Part shown: one piece after another, positions 26,344 to 36,539 of the stretch
How positions within the stretch are numbered: the stretch's first letter is position 1
Layout of the letters: each line of letters begins with the position of its first letter
Source: an uncultured Candidatus Marinamargulisbacteria bacterium
GTDB lineage: Bacteria > Margulisbacteria > Riflemargulisbacteria > GWF2-35-9
Direction of reading: 5' to 3'
Assembly (NCBI GenBank): GCA_903902445.1
Contig: CAIUUT010000133.1
Location: 1-41,780 of the forward strand
DNA length: 41,780 nt
Position numbers and translations under genes: made by a program
The notes under the pieces: model-generated
The model's input: only the letters and a program-made list of their open reading frames with translations
Told to the model about the DNA's origin: nothing
Databases searched by the model: none

Positions 26344-27294
26344 CTAAACTAAAAGATTCGGAGTATTACTTTCCTGAGCTCTGCGGACAAGCTGATTTCT
26401 AACGTCTACTAAAAAATCTTGATTTCCACTACTGTTTGATTCTTTGATAGGTGAAAAAGATTGGATCGAAAAAGCTTCCATTTGTTTTGGTAATACTCTG
26501 TTTAATAATATATTTTGTCTATGTGTATCAAACTCTGGTTTAACGTAAATCTCATAGGGTTTAATGATTTGCTTTTCGGAATCAACAGACCTATTTTTCT
26601 CTTGAAATTTGGCCATATAATCATTAATTAAATCATATCCACTATCCGTTATTTTAAAATAATAATCAACCATCGTTTTACCCTTTTTTTCAAGTTGGGT
26701 AACACCTAAAAAATTTAGGGTTTTAAAAAGAAAAATGAAAATGAGCTGTTTATTACTGAAAACCTCGGCCTTTGTATAATAAAAATTAGAAGGATTATTG
26801 TACTCTCTGAAAAAAGCATATCTTTTAGAAAGGACTTGATATAACTTTTCAAAGGATATTCTCTCTTCTTTGTCAATTTCTGATAAGGTCTTAATAATGC
26901 TTTTTCGTTTACGAATAATCTCATAATCATTGTTGGCAAAAATAGTATTAAAGACTAGTGGTGATTTATAGTATTCGTTGTAGTCGCGACTGAAGAATAA
27001 AAACTTAAACATGTTCTTAATTAGAAACTCTGGTTTGTCCAATTTGTCCTTAAGACTATAGTTTACTTTCCATATTTTATTTTCCACGTAAATAAATTTC
27101 GTCACCATTAAAAATAAAGAAATATAATTGGCAAAATCTTTGGGAATTTTATACTGCAATGATAACTGTTTAACTCTGGACTTAAGGGTATTTCTCTTAT
27201 GAGAAATTTCTATAATATTTTCATCAATAACAAGCAAATAATCTTTCACAAAAGCGAGGACTTTATCTTGTTCCACAGGTTGAAATTCTGCCAT
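26344..27294 (-). CDS. Hypothetical protein, weakly similar to helicase-associated (XPB N-terminal-like) helical proteins
   Basis: Long ORF; RBS GGGGG before the ATG at 27294. The LNFLGVTQL..FKITDSG and KPYEIYV patterns are only suggestive. Confidence 0.55.
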   Translation of the reverse strand: MAEFQPVEQDKVLAFVKDYLLVIDENIIEISHKRNTLKSRVKQLSLQYKIPKDFANYISLFLMVTKFIYVENKIWKVNYSLKDKLDKPEFLIKNMFKFLFFSRDYNEYYKSPLVFNTIFANNDYEIIRKRKSIIKTLSEIDKEERISFEKLYQVLSKRYAFFREYNNPSNFYYTKAEVFSNKQLIFIFLFKTLNFLGVTQLEKKGKTMVDYYFKITDSGYDLINDYMAKFQEKNRSVDSEKQIIKPYEIYVKPEFDTHRQNILLNRVLPKQMEAFSIQSFSPIKESNSSGNQDFLVDVRNQLVRRAQESNTPNLLV

Positions 27295-27395
27295 GTATAC
27301 CCCCAAAGACTTCTGACTATTGTTTGCTGACCCCCGATTCAAAAACTGATTCTAATATACAAAAATCAAATTGGCAAATTAAGAATTTTCGATGT

Positions 27396-28331
27396 TTATT
27401 TGTGTGAAATTAATTGACTAAGTCCATTTTTTATTTCGTAATCAAACTTATAGCCTGTCTCTCTGCGTAAATTAATTATGTCCGCCAAAGAATGTCTGAT
27501 ATCTCCTGCTCTAGAAAGCTCATATTTTATATTATCTACGTTACTGGATAGCGAAAAAATAATACCTACCAATTCGTTTAGGTCAGTCTGCAAGCCTGTT
27601 CCAACATTAAATATAGCAAAACCTCTAGCGATCTTTTCCGCTACCAAATAATTGGCCGCCACAACATCTTTAACATATACAAAATCTCTGGTCTGCTTTC
27701 CATCACCATAAATGGTTATTTTTTGTCCGCTCAATATTCGATTTATAAAGATGGAAATTACCCCTGAGTACTCACTGGCTGGGTCTTGTCTAAGTCCATA
27801 GACATTGAAGTAACGCAAGGCCACAAATTTTGTACTACCTTTCAGTGACAATTTAGCGGCCATTTTTTCGTTTTCTAATTTATGTTCACCATAAGGAGAA
27901 ATTGGTTTTGGAGACATGTCTTCTACTTTTGGGATCTTAGGATCATCGCCGTATACGGCTGCCGAAGAAGCAAAAACTACTCTTTCCACCCCATGATCGA
28001 CTGCTGCCTCAAAAACATTCCTCGTCCCTTCGACATTAATACTATATGTGTTTTCTGGGTCGGTAATTGACTTCTGGACAGAGGCAATAGCAGCCTCATG
28101 AAAAACGCAATTTATGGCATTGTCTTTAAAAACTTGATTAATAAGATTATTATCTCTTATGTCGCCCTGAATTAAACGATAACTATCCTGGGGTAAATGC
28201 TCTAGGTTTTCCTTCTTCCCAGTCGATAAATCATCCAAAACCAGTGTATTGTACCCCCTGTTCACGGCCTCTTCCACAATATGCGAACCAATAAAACCTG
28301 CCCCACCTGTTACTAAAATATTTTTTGACAT
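27396..28331 (-). CDS. NAD-dependent nucleotide-sugar epimerase/dehydratase (GalE/WbpP-like SDR)
   Basis: VTGGAGFIGSH, ASSAAVYG, YGEHK (YxxxK), LRYFNVYG, QTRDFVYVKD. Confidence 0.92.
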   Translation of the reverse strand: MSKNILVTGGAGFIGSHIVEEAVNRGYNTLVLDDLSTGKKENLEHLPQDSYRLIQGDIRDNNLINQVFKDNAINCVFHEAAIASVQKSITDPENTYSINVEGTRNVFEAAVDHGVERVVFASSAAVYGDDPKIPKVEDMSPKPISPYGEHKLENEKMAAKLSLKGSTKFVALRYFNVYGLRQDPASEYSGVISIFINRILSGQKITIYGDGKQTRDFVYVKDVVAANYLVAEKIARGFAIFNVGTGLQTDLNELVGIIFSLSSNVDNIKYELSRAGDIRHSLADIINLRRETGYKFDYEIKNGLSQLISHK

Positions 28332-28349
28332 GCTTCACTCCTTTTAATT

Positions 28350-28398
28350 AGTAATAAGTAAAGAGTGATGAGTATAATTTTACTCTTTACTGATTACT
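28350..28398. repeat. Imperfect inverted repeat built from heptamer-like units (possible stem-loop)
   Basis: AGTAATAAGTAAAGAGT ... ACTCTTTACTGATTACT between the DJ-1 gene and the epimerase gene. Confidence 0.55.
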
Positions 28399-28400
28399 CT

Positions 28401-28913
28401 TTACTCTATATTTAGTTTATGAATAATTGCTCTAGCAAAAAGCTGCGCACTGGCTGGACCATCTCCTGTGATAAATTGGCCATCCTCTTCCACTTGCTGT
28501 CCAGTGTAATGAACGCCATAGGGTAAGAGCGTTTCTTTATCTCCTACAAAAATTGTCGCTTTTCTATCTTTCAGTAAGCCCGTCTGCGCCACAATTTGAG
28601 GGGCCATACAAATAGCAGCTACTAGCTTGCCCCTTTTGGCGGTATCTAGGATAATCTTGTGCAATTGTTTATCGCCTAAATAGCCATACCCACCTGGCCC
28701 ACCAACAATAACCAAAGCGGATATATCGTCCGTCTTTAACTCGCTCAGGGTATGACTAACCTGAAATGTTCCACCCAGTTTACCCACCGCGGTACCCTTC
28801 TGCGAAGAATAAACGACTACCTGATAGTTTGCTTTTTGGAATTGCTCAAAGGGAATAAAAAACTCTTCATCTCTAAAGCCTTGGAAAGCGATAATTACGG
28901 CTATTATTGACAT
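28401..28913 (-). CDS. DJ-1/PfpI family protein
   Basis: GFRDEEF, VIVGGPG, VAAICMAP nucleophile Cys, ITGDGP. Confidence 0.92.
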   Translation of the reverse strand: MSIIAVIIAFQGFRDEEFFIPFEQFQKANYQVVVYSSQKGTAVGKLGGTFQVSHTLSELKTDDISALVIVGGPGGYGYLGDKQLHKIILDTAKRGKLVAAICMAPQIVAQTGLLKDRKATIFVGDKETLLPYGVHYTGQQVEEDGQFITGDGPASAQLFARAIIHKLNIE

Positions 28914-28925
28914 CTTGTACTCCAG

Positions 28926-30011
28926 CTAGCTTGTCTTATTTAGTGCTAAGTATTTTCTATATTTTATTTCTGTACCCAGCTCGATAATTACTATTTTCAT
29001 GACCGATACAAAGGGGACAGCTAACAACATAGCGAAAAGACCACCCAGCGCACCACCCAGCATAATAGCGACCATGACAATCAGCGGATGAAGTTCTACG
29101 CTTTTACCCACTACAACCGGATTAATGAGCAGGTTATCGATAAGCTGGACTATGGTAAAGGTTAAAAAAATTACCAACATAAATTTAGGGTCAAAACCTT
29201 TGTCCATAATAGAAACAAACATCGCAGGAATCATGCCCATGACAGGGCCAAAATAGGGAATCAAATTGGCTAAACCTGCAAACATACCAATAATAAAAAA
29301 ATATTTAACACCAATTAGCCATAGGCCAAAGGAAGATAATATCCCACAGAACAAGGCATCTAAAGCTTGTCCACGAATATAGTTTCCTAGTTGCTTATCC
29401 ATGCGTGACGCCAAATTTCGATACAACTCATAATACTGATTAGGAATTAACTCGTATAATTTTCTCTTAAATAAGGGGCCATCTTTTAGGAGAAAAAAAG
29501 TAATAAAAGGGACTAAAATTAATAGCATTAACATACTCGTCACCATGCTGATGAATAGGGGAATATTTTTAAATATTTGCAGAGCATAATTGTCAGCACT
29601 CTTGGTAAGAAACCCCATTATGTCTATTTCCTTAAGCGGTAGCTGAGGGAATCTACTGTGTAGCTGCACGATGCTGGTGTCAAAGGATTCTTGCAAATAC
29701 TTCATATAAGTAGGTAAGTTTGCCTGTATCGTTCCAATCTCTTTTATTAATATAGGAATAGAAATATATAAGCCTAACCCAATTAAAGAGAAAAAAACAA
29801 TATAAATTAATAGCACTGCCATTATACGACTTAAGCCAAATTTAACTGTAATTTTACCAATGAGCGGGTTTAATAAATAGGCAATGATGATGGCTAGGGC
29901 AAAAGGGAAAAATATGCTCCAGAAAAGATAAATGACATAACCAAGAACACCAAGGAAAAGCAATAATATTGAAATATCTTTAATTAAGGATAGATTCGTT
30001 TTGTTGGTCAT
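28926..30011 (-). CDS. AI-2E family transporter
   Basis: AYLLNPL, FFLLKDG, YIRGQ, NLIPYFGP, ELHPL motifs. The ATG at 30011 overlaps the upstream TGA. Confidence 0.9.
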   Translation of the reverse strand: MTNKTNLSLIKDISILLLFLGVLGYVIYLFWSIFFPFALAIIIAYLLNPLIGKITVKFGLSRIMAVLLIYIVFFSLIGLGLYISIPILIKEIGTIQANLPTYMKYLQESFDTSIVQLHSRFPQLPLKEIDIMGFLTKSADNYALQIFKNIPLFISMVTSMLMLLILVPFITFFLLKDGPLFKRKLYELIPNQYYELYRNLASRMDKQLGNYIRGQALDALFCGILSSFGLWLIGVKYFFIIGMFAGLANLIPYFGPVMGMIPAMFVSIMDKGFDPKFMLVIFLTFTIVQLIDNLLINPVVVGKSVELHPLIVMVAIMLGGALGGLFAMLLAVPFVSVMKIVIIELGTEIKYRKYLALNKTS

Positions 30012-30508
30012 GTTGATTTCTTTTCCCAAAGGCTTATTTGCTCATTTGTTTTACGCAATCTCGCGCTAATTACTCCACCAATGTTCCATAATATTTTACA
30101 AGCAATCTCAGGTTGTTCCTGCATCACTTTTAGTAAATCACCACGAAAAAAAGAAAGCAGCTCTACTTTATCGCTAAAAGCAAGAGCCGACGCAGAACGG
30201 GGGGATTCGTCTAATAGCGCCATCTCGCCAAAGAAATCTCCCTCGATAAGCAAGGCTAAATCTTTGATTTGCTTATTTTCCGTCTCTATTTGAATCTTCA
30301 CATTACCACTCATGACGATGTACATTCCAGCACCTGGCTCCATCTCGCGAAAAATATACTCATTGGTCATAAATTTACGCCTAATCATGTGCTTTTCCAA
30401 CTTCTTAAGCTCTCCATTACTTAAATCGGCAAAAATAGGGACTTTCTTTAAATAGTCTCTAACCTTCAAATTATTTTTCGAGAAAAAATTATTCCATATT
30501 GCGTTCAT
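30008..30508 (-). CDS. Stand-alone cNMP-binding domain protein
   Basis: VPIFADL, GDFFGEMALLDESPRSASA; no HTH. Confidence 0.88.
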   Translation of the reverse strand: MNAIWNNFFSKNNLKVRDYLKKVPIFADLSNGELKKLEKHMIRRKFMTNEYIFREMEPGAGMYIVMSGNVKIQIETENKQIKDLALLIEGDFFGEMALLDESPRSASALAFSDKVELLSFFRGDLLKVMQEQPEIACKILWNIGGVISARLRKTNEQISLWEKKST

Positions 30509-30570
30509 AACTATAAACTCCTTTTCTAGACCTACTTACTTATACTCTGCCCGAATTGGTTTTAGTGTAT

Positions 30571-31308
30571 CTAAAAACTAATTTCACTTTGATACATATA
30601 GTATATAATAACCAACAAGACAACAATGCCATTTTCAATTATATACCTGCGTTTGTCATATACCAACCTAGCTTTGTCCAAATAATATCGAGCGACAATG
30701 GGTAGTATTCCCAAGAGATGAAACGGGCTAATAAATAGAATAAAAACAAAAACCCTATAGAGCATTGCGGCAATATTGTATTTCAAACCACCAACTTTTT
30801 CACTGACAGTACGGTCATAATAATATAGAACGACTTCCACCGCATAGGAGACATAAATAGCTAAAGAACAAATAAAGGAAAAACGAATAAACAAACGCCA
30901 ATCTTTAATAAAATCGTAGCTGTAGGAAAGGAAAAACAAACTATTTTCACTTACCAAATCTTCGGTAAAATCAAAAGGCAGAAAAAAAATGGTAGCCATG
31001 GCGGCTATATGAAGGAGCTGATCCAAGAAAAAGTAAATAATTTCCTTTTGGATTATATTTCTATTAATAATAATTTTAACTTTATCAATGACTATGTGGC
31101 TTAGGGTAACGGCTAAAAGCCACACCACAAACGTAAATGAGTGTTCATACAGTGGCCGAGTTAACAGAATAGCGCAAAAAAAGAAAATAGCGGAGTGTAA
31201 GACAACCCCCCATATATTCTTTACTTTAAGCTTAAAAATGTAACTAGTCTGTAGAACAAAATCGGATAACGTATGAGCAAAAAGAAGAAGAAAAAAAATA
31301 GATATCAT
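30571..31308 (-). CDS. DUF3307 family membrane protein
   Basis: AHTLSDFVLQT, HIVIDKVK, FFLDQLLH motifs. Confidence 0.82.
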   Translation of the reverse strand: MISIFFLLLFAHTLSDFVLQTSYIFKLKVKNIWGVVLHSAIFFFCAILLTRPLYEHSFTFVVWLLAVTLSHIVIDKVKIIINRNIIQKEIIYFFLDQLLHIAAMATIFFLPFDFTEDLVSENSLFFLSYSYDFIKDWRLFIRFSFICSLAIYVSYAVEVVLYYYDRTVSEKVGGLKYNIAAMLYRVFVFILFISPFHLLGILPIVARYYLDKARLVYDKRRYIIENGIVVLLVIIYYMYQSEISF

Positions 31309-31375
31309 AAGTTCGTCCCTTTCCCATTGTATAATAGATTAGACTAAAGTCAAATAGACTTAGCGATAACCTGAC

Positions 31376-34300
31376 TTAATGATGTTTCTTCCCGTTAACT
31401 TCTACAAAATAATAAACCTTCTGTCCTGTCAAGAGCAAGTGAAGCTCTATTAGGTACGAACCATTTTGCAAAAAGGTATAATTAAAGTAATTTACTTTGT
31501 TTATTGGCTGGCTGGTCTGTTTAAGAAAGAGGATCTGTTCTTCTTGGGCACCAATTTTTTTGACGATTATCTCTAGGGGAACTAGATTCACCAACTCCTT
31601 GGTAGTAATCTTATAATTGAACGTTTGCTCTTCACTTAGGGCTACGATTTGGTTGACGCTATCTTGCAGAATCAAATTAAAGGAATTAGCCGGCTTGGTT
31701 TGCAAAACAAACGTTTTAGATTTCTTTAGCCAAGGAATGTCCACTTTTTCTTTCTTATAGAGGGTTACTTGCTCTAAGGACTCTACATAAGAAGGCGAAA
31801 TAATTATCGGGGCCTTATCTCGCAAATTGACTACTGTACTGAAATTTCTCTTGCTTATTTGAATGCCAATATCGACTGGTTCCTTAGAGCTATTAACTAA
31901 CTCAACCTCATAGGGTTGCCCCTTGGTATAAAGTGTTACTTTTTGAGGAATCGAAGTAAATTCCTTGCCATTGAAAATAATTTTCTGCCGAACAACCTCT
32001 TGCTGAGATGAGCTTTCTATGAGGGGTTGAATCGTTACCGTGGGAGAAGTGATTGACGTTGTCTTCCCGACAGTAACAAAAAGTTGGAACCTTACAATAC
32101 TATCCTTATGGGCTTTTGCATATGCTTGCACTTCGTACTCTCCTGGCTGTGTAGGGGCTAACAGCTTTGCAACAGCCACACCTTGTTCATTGGTGAAAAC
32201 CTCCTGAGGCAAATGAGTCATTTCCTTTTTCTGGTTCACGGAATATATTTGAAAAACCACCGGCAGATTGGCAATGGGTTGAGACTGCGTATCTAAAACC
32301 TTAACGGCTAAATTTTCAGCGAGCTCTTCACCAGAGCCCACCGATTGGCCATCTCCTCCAAATAGCTCAACTTTACTGACTTTAGTGGATATGGATTTAA
32401 CAAAAAAGGATTGATATTCCCATTTATTATTACTCCTATAATACGCCCTAATCTCTCTTATTCCTGGCTCAGAGTCCAGCTCAAAATTGAAACGTGCTAC
32501 CCCCTCATGATTTGAGAGAGTGGGTTTCTCTATGCGTCGCTGTTCCCCTTTGAACCTAAGCGTATAGGACCACTTAACTTGTGCATTAGCAACGGGATTG
32601 TTGTAAGCATCTAATAACTGCACAGCAAAGTCCTTGGCCAGCTTAGAGTTGGCGTTGGCTAATTGATTATCACCGTCCATAATCTTGGCCTTACTGATGA
32701 ACTGAGGTTTGAGCTCAATATTCACGCTAAACTGCGTTTTTTGCGAATCTGAGGCATAGATTTTGGCTGTATAAAGCCCCGACTTTGAGGGAAAATCGAG
32801 ATGGAAGGAGCCCTCCCCACGTCCATTGGCTTGTGTGTCTACGCCAACTTCTGATTTATCGGAGTTGAGCGGATATAAATCTAGACTGACTTTAGCCTTA
32901 CTAATAGGATTACCAAACTTATCTGTAGCTCGGAACGTAAAAACATCTTTGACTCTTTCATCTACCATAAAAACTAACCGTTCCTTCTCGATATCTTTAA
33001 GCGCAATCTTTGCGATTTGTGCGCCTCTCGCTCTTATTGGTAAGAAGCCAAACTTAGTGAATCGGTTATCGGCTACATAAAACCAATATTTCCCCTCCCG
33101 CGCAGGCATTTCTAATTTAGCGTATGCAAAACCATCTTCCTGAATTGTGGCTTGATTAAATCTATTTTTTGATGCTTTCTTTTGAGCATTAATGCCATAA
33201 TAAAAAACACCATATCTTAGTCTATTTTTATACTTGTCGTAGGCGGAAAACTGTAGGTTCTCTACCGTTGCACCAACTGGATAAAGGGCATTGGGCTTAT
33301 TGGCAATTACGATTTCCTCTGGATCCAAAGCCAAAGCATTTATTGTAATATTTTTATTGAGATTATTCCCCAACCTTACATTGTAAATATATGTACCCGC
33401 TGTCTTGCCTAAGACTGGTGAAAAATAGGCATGCCCCTGCTTATTGGTTCTCACGCGCAGAGCCGTAAAATTATTTAGCTGCTGATTGGGGACTCGGATA
33501 CAGTTAATATCGAGGTTTATACTGCCTACTGGCTTACCATTATTATCCGCGACCATAACCTCAATGGGAGGCATAAGCTTACTTTCTACTTTTCCTTGGC
33601 GGGGATAGGAATTGATGTTAAGGGCGGAAATATCTTCAGGAATGACATCGATTTTCACCCAAGTAATAATTGGGGTTTTACCATCTGCGTATTTACCTTT
33701 AAAGTTGATTTCATCTCCTTGGTCACTTACGATAAAGTTATAAGACACCAACCCCTGCTTGTTGGTATTTACCGCAATATTTTGCTGGTAACTTACACCT
33801 TTTCTTATTACCAAGTACTCAAACTCTACCTTGTGGTTACGCAGAACATGACCATACTGATCCTTTAAAACAAAGACTATATTTTCGGGCAAGGGTTGCG
33901 AGGGGAAAACCTTTATCACGGGCTTACTCATTAAATATAGTTGATATTTTTTAGGCTCGGCACAATAAACCTTAAACGCCACCTTAGAACCGGCAGCACT
34001 GGCCACTACATTTTCCAACTTTTTTGCGCTTGATTTTGGAAAAATACTGGCTCTTGCCAGACCGTCAGCATCGGTTTTATCATCTTTTTCATACCAATTT
34101 AGGTTTTCGCTCTTTTCCCAATGAATATCGGCATCTGAAATGGGGTTACCTAGGGAGTCTAAAACCTGAACTTGCAAAGGACTATTTGGTATTTTATTCC
34201 ATTCCACTACTTGGTTGTCTCCTGAAACAATTTGCACCTTAGCTGCTGAACCTGGTACTACCAGTAAGGAATAGCCCGCTTCCAGTTCAGAGAATTTTTC

Positions 34301-36325
34301 GCAACTGGCGACAACACTGTACCCACCCGTCTTTTTCGGAGTATCAAACCTAACCTCTGCTACCCCCTGGGGATTTGACCGAGCAGTCTTTAGTGCTATT
34401 TCTTGTGACTCCTCATCTTGCAAGGAAAACTTTACATTTATATCCGTGGCGGGATTACCCATCTTATCTGAAAGTTTAACCGCAAAACTATACTTAATGG
34501 GCACTCCAATGATTGCTTGCCTTTCTTCCGAACCGACTATTTCCATATTTTCGGCTCGCTTCGACTGACTTTGCAAAGAGTAAGCCACTTGCGCCTGCGA
34601 ATCTTTCAACTTGGCGATAATAAAGAACTTCTTCACATCATCTGCCATACGGTAATCTACTCTTAAGACACCCTGCTCATCGGCAGACAATTGGGCGAAC
34701 TTTAACATATCATTTTTATCGATGGGACGTTCCCATAATTCTATGGGTGCATCGGGCACCCTATTTCCAAAGCGATCCAGTACTTGCAGCACCATAGCAT
34801 CCTTTAACACTTGACCCGCTGGAGCCACTAGATAGGTGTTTTTCTTTAAATTCTTTAGTGCCACAGGTGGTGCAGGGAACGTATTGAACCACATTTTATT
34901 TTTATCCTTATTGCGTATAATCTCTAGCTTATATTTACTTGTTAATTTGCCAAACTTAAGTGAGAGCATAAACCGACCCTGAGCATTTGTTGTTACCAAC
35001 TGAGAGCCCAATATGTGGGAGGCATTCGCCTTATTGCTTGGCACTAGATCAACCGTAAAAACCTCATTGGCCCTTAATTTCCCTAAACCATTGACGCACT
35101 CAAACTCTAAATCTGGAGCCGTGCTGTCTACGAGATAATTTACTGTAGAAAAGAGAGCCTTAACCCTCAGGCTATTCTCCTTGTCCTTTAGCGGCCTCTC
35201 ATAGGCAATATAATGATACTCTTTTTTTATAGCGCTCCACACCTTATTAGGGGCTTTGGGGCATGGCTTATGAATGACCTCGGGAATAGGCTTGGCTGCT
35301 ATTTTGCGGACTACTTTGGGCATTGCCTTAGGAGCTATCTGGGAAGCCGCTTTGGGAGCAACCTTAAGTATTGCATTGGGCGTTACCTTGGGAATTACGT
35401 TGTGCGTTACTTTATGTATTTGTTTGGGTACTTGCTTCAGCACATGTTTGGGTATTTGTTTGGGTACTGCCTTTTTTATATGAACTGGGTGAGGATTAGG
35501 CTTCAGGGCTGTATGAATTTTAGCGTTCAAGGTATGAGTACTGGACTGCACAAAAGTGCCCACTTCCTTCAAGATATTACGCAGCAGTCCATTCAGAAAA
35601 TGCAGTATGTTTCTTAATGCAACTCCTAAATACTTAACTAACGCTAATACACAACGCCCTAAAATAATGAAAAGCTTAGTGACTAACTTACCTAACGTCA
35701 CCACCAGCCAATGGAAAAACTTGTAAATTACCTTTAAGGAGTTAGCCAAAAAGGGAGTTATTTTCTTAGTCAAAACACTAGTAACCGCTAAAGATTGGCT
35801 ACTAAACTTAAGCATTCTCTCAGGAAAAGCCATTTTCTTGTAGGAAATATCTAGGGCTATATTGCTGCTGGTGATTGCATAAGTAGACTCTATTACCCTT
35901 TGCTCATTCATCACTTGTCTATTTTGATTGACGTTAAAAATGGGAGAAGCCACTAATAATTTGGCGGTAATTCCCAAGGTAGTTTTAATATCAGACGTAA
36001 CAGGCGTTAGCACCAAGGTTAAGTCGATGAGCCCTTGCTCTTTATCTATTAAAATAAGATGGGTTGGCTTTGAGGTTGCTAACTTATAGTCATCCAAATA
36101 GTTGGGATCCTTATCTCGATAGACTTCGGGGTTTGTATCGTTGAGTGTTACATCCTGCATGGCAAAAGAAGAACCACTTATAGAAACTACTTTTTGTGAC
36201 AAATCTAAGTTGACGGTTACGTGAAGGGGTTTAGATTGGGAATCAAAGAAAAAATAGATAACAGGAAGCGCCAGCATAATTACTGCATAGGCAATAATCA
36301 TGAACAAAATAGTTTTATTTTTCAT
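31376..36325 (-). CDS. 1649-aa membrane-anchored protein with invasin/intimin-like Big_1 Ig repeats
   Basis: N-terminal TM; repeated (S/D/G)GD(N/G)Q...V.V.D..GNP...V.F...T(N/D)..G.A units; PK-rich tetrapeptide repeat region. Confidence 0.8.
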   Translation of the reverse strand: MKNKTILFMIIAYAVIMLALPVIYFFFDSQSKPLHVTVNLDLSQKVVSISGSSFAMQDVTLNDTNPEVYRDKDPNYLDDYKLATSKPTHLILIDKEQGLIDLTLVLTPVTSDIKTTLGITAKLLVASPIFNVNQNRQVMNEQRVIESTYAITSSNIALDISYKKMAFPERMLKFSSQSLAVTSVLTKKITPFLANSLKVIYKFFHWLVVTLGKLVTKLFIILGRCVLALVKYLGVALRNILHFLNGLLRNILKEVGTFVQSSTHTLNAKIHTALKPNPHPVHIKKAVPKQIPKHVLKQVPKQIHKVTHNVIPKVTPNAILKVAPKAASQIAPKAMPKVVRKIAAKPIPEVIHKPCPKAPNKVWSAIKKEYHYIAYERPLKDKENSLRVKALFSTVNYLVDSTAPDLEFECVNGLGKLRANEVFTVDLVPSNKANASHILGSQLVTTNAQGRFMLSLKFGKLTSKYKLEIIRNKDKNKMWFNTFPAPPVALKNLKKNTYLVAPAGQVLKDAMVLQVLDRFGNRVPDAPIELWERPIDKNDMLKFAQLSADEQGVLRVDYRMADDVKKFFIIAKLKDSQAQVAYSLQSQSKRAENMEIVGSEERQAIIGVPIKYSFAVKLSDKMGNPATDINVKFSLQDEESQEIALKTARSNPQGVAEVRFDTPKKTGGYSVVASCEKFSELEAGYSLLVVPGSAAKVQIVSGDNQVVEWNKIPNSPLQVQVLDSLGNPISDADIHWEKSENLNWYEKDDKTDADGLARASIFPKSSAKKLENVVASAAGSKVAFKVYCAEPKKYQLYLMSKPVIKVFPSQPLPENIVFVLKDQYGHVLRNHKVEFEYLVIRKGVSYQQNIAVNTNKQGLVSYNFIVSDQGDEINFKGKYADGKTPIITWVKIDVIPEDISALNINSYPRQGKVESKLMPPIEVMVADNNGKPVGSINLDINCIRVPNQQLNNFTALRVRTNKQGHAYFSPVLGKTAGTYIYNVRLGNNLNKNITINALALDPEEIVIANKPNALYPVGATVENLQFSAYDKYKNRLRYGVFYYGINAQKKASKNRFNQATIQEDGFAYAKLEMPAREGKYWFYVADNRFTKFGFLPIRARGAQIAKIALKDIEKERLVFMVDERVKDVFTFRATDKFGNPISKAKVSLDLYPLNSDKSEVGVDTQANGRGEGSFHLDFPSKSGLYTAKIYASDSQKTQFSVNIELKPQFISKAKIMDGDNQLANANSKLAKDFAVQLLDAYNNPVANAQVKWSYTLRFKGEQRRIEKPTLSNHEGVARFNFELDSEPGIREIRAYYRSNNKWEYQSFFVKSISTKVSKVELFGGDGQSVGSGEELAENLAVKVLDTQSQPIANLPVVFQIYSVNQKKEMTHLPQEVFTNEQGVAVAKLLAPTQPGEYEVQAYAKAHKDSIVRFQLFVTVGKTTSITSPTVTIQPLIESSSQQEVVRQKIIFNGKEFTSIPQKVTLYTKGQPYEVELVNSSKEPVDIGIQISKRNFSTVVNLRDKAPIIISPSYVESLEQVTLYKKEKVDIPWLKKSKTFVLQTKPANSFNLILQDSVNQIVALSEEQTFNYKITTKELVNLVPLEIIVKKIGAQEEQILFLKQTSQPINKVNYFNYTFLQNGSYLIELHLLLTGQKVYYFVEVNGKKHH
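35245..35475 (-). repeat. Degenerate 12-nt (4-aa, xxPK) coding tandem repeat
   Basis: AVPK QIPK HVLK QVPK QIHK VTHN VIPK VTPN AILK VAPK ...; repeated TTTGGGTA/TTGGG in the DNA. Confidence 0.8.
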
Positions 36326-36539
36326 ATTTTAACCAATATTCCCCTTGCTTTTGCCCACTCATAAAAATTGTAATACCTGCGAGTAGCTTAAGCAATACTT
36401 TTAGGGATAATAGAGGGGGCAATCGCGATATAAATGCATATCAGCAATGACAGGAACAACTCGAAGGCGATTGCTCTGAGTAATTACAATTTACCTGGCG
36501 CAACAGTCTCAACTTATATGCTAAAATAACCTGTATATA

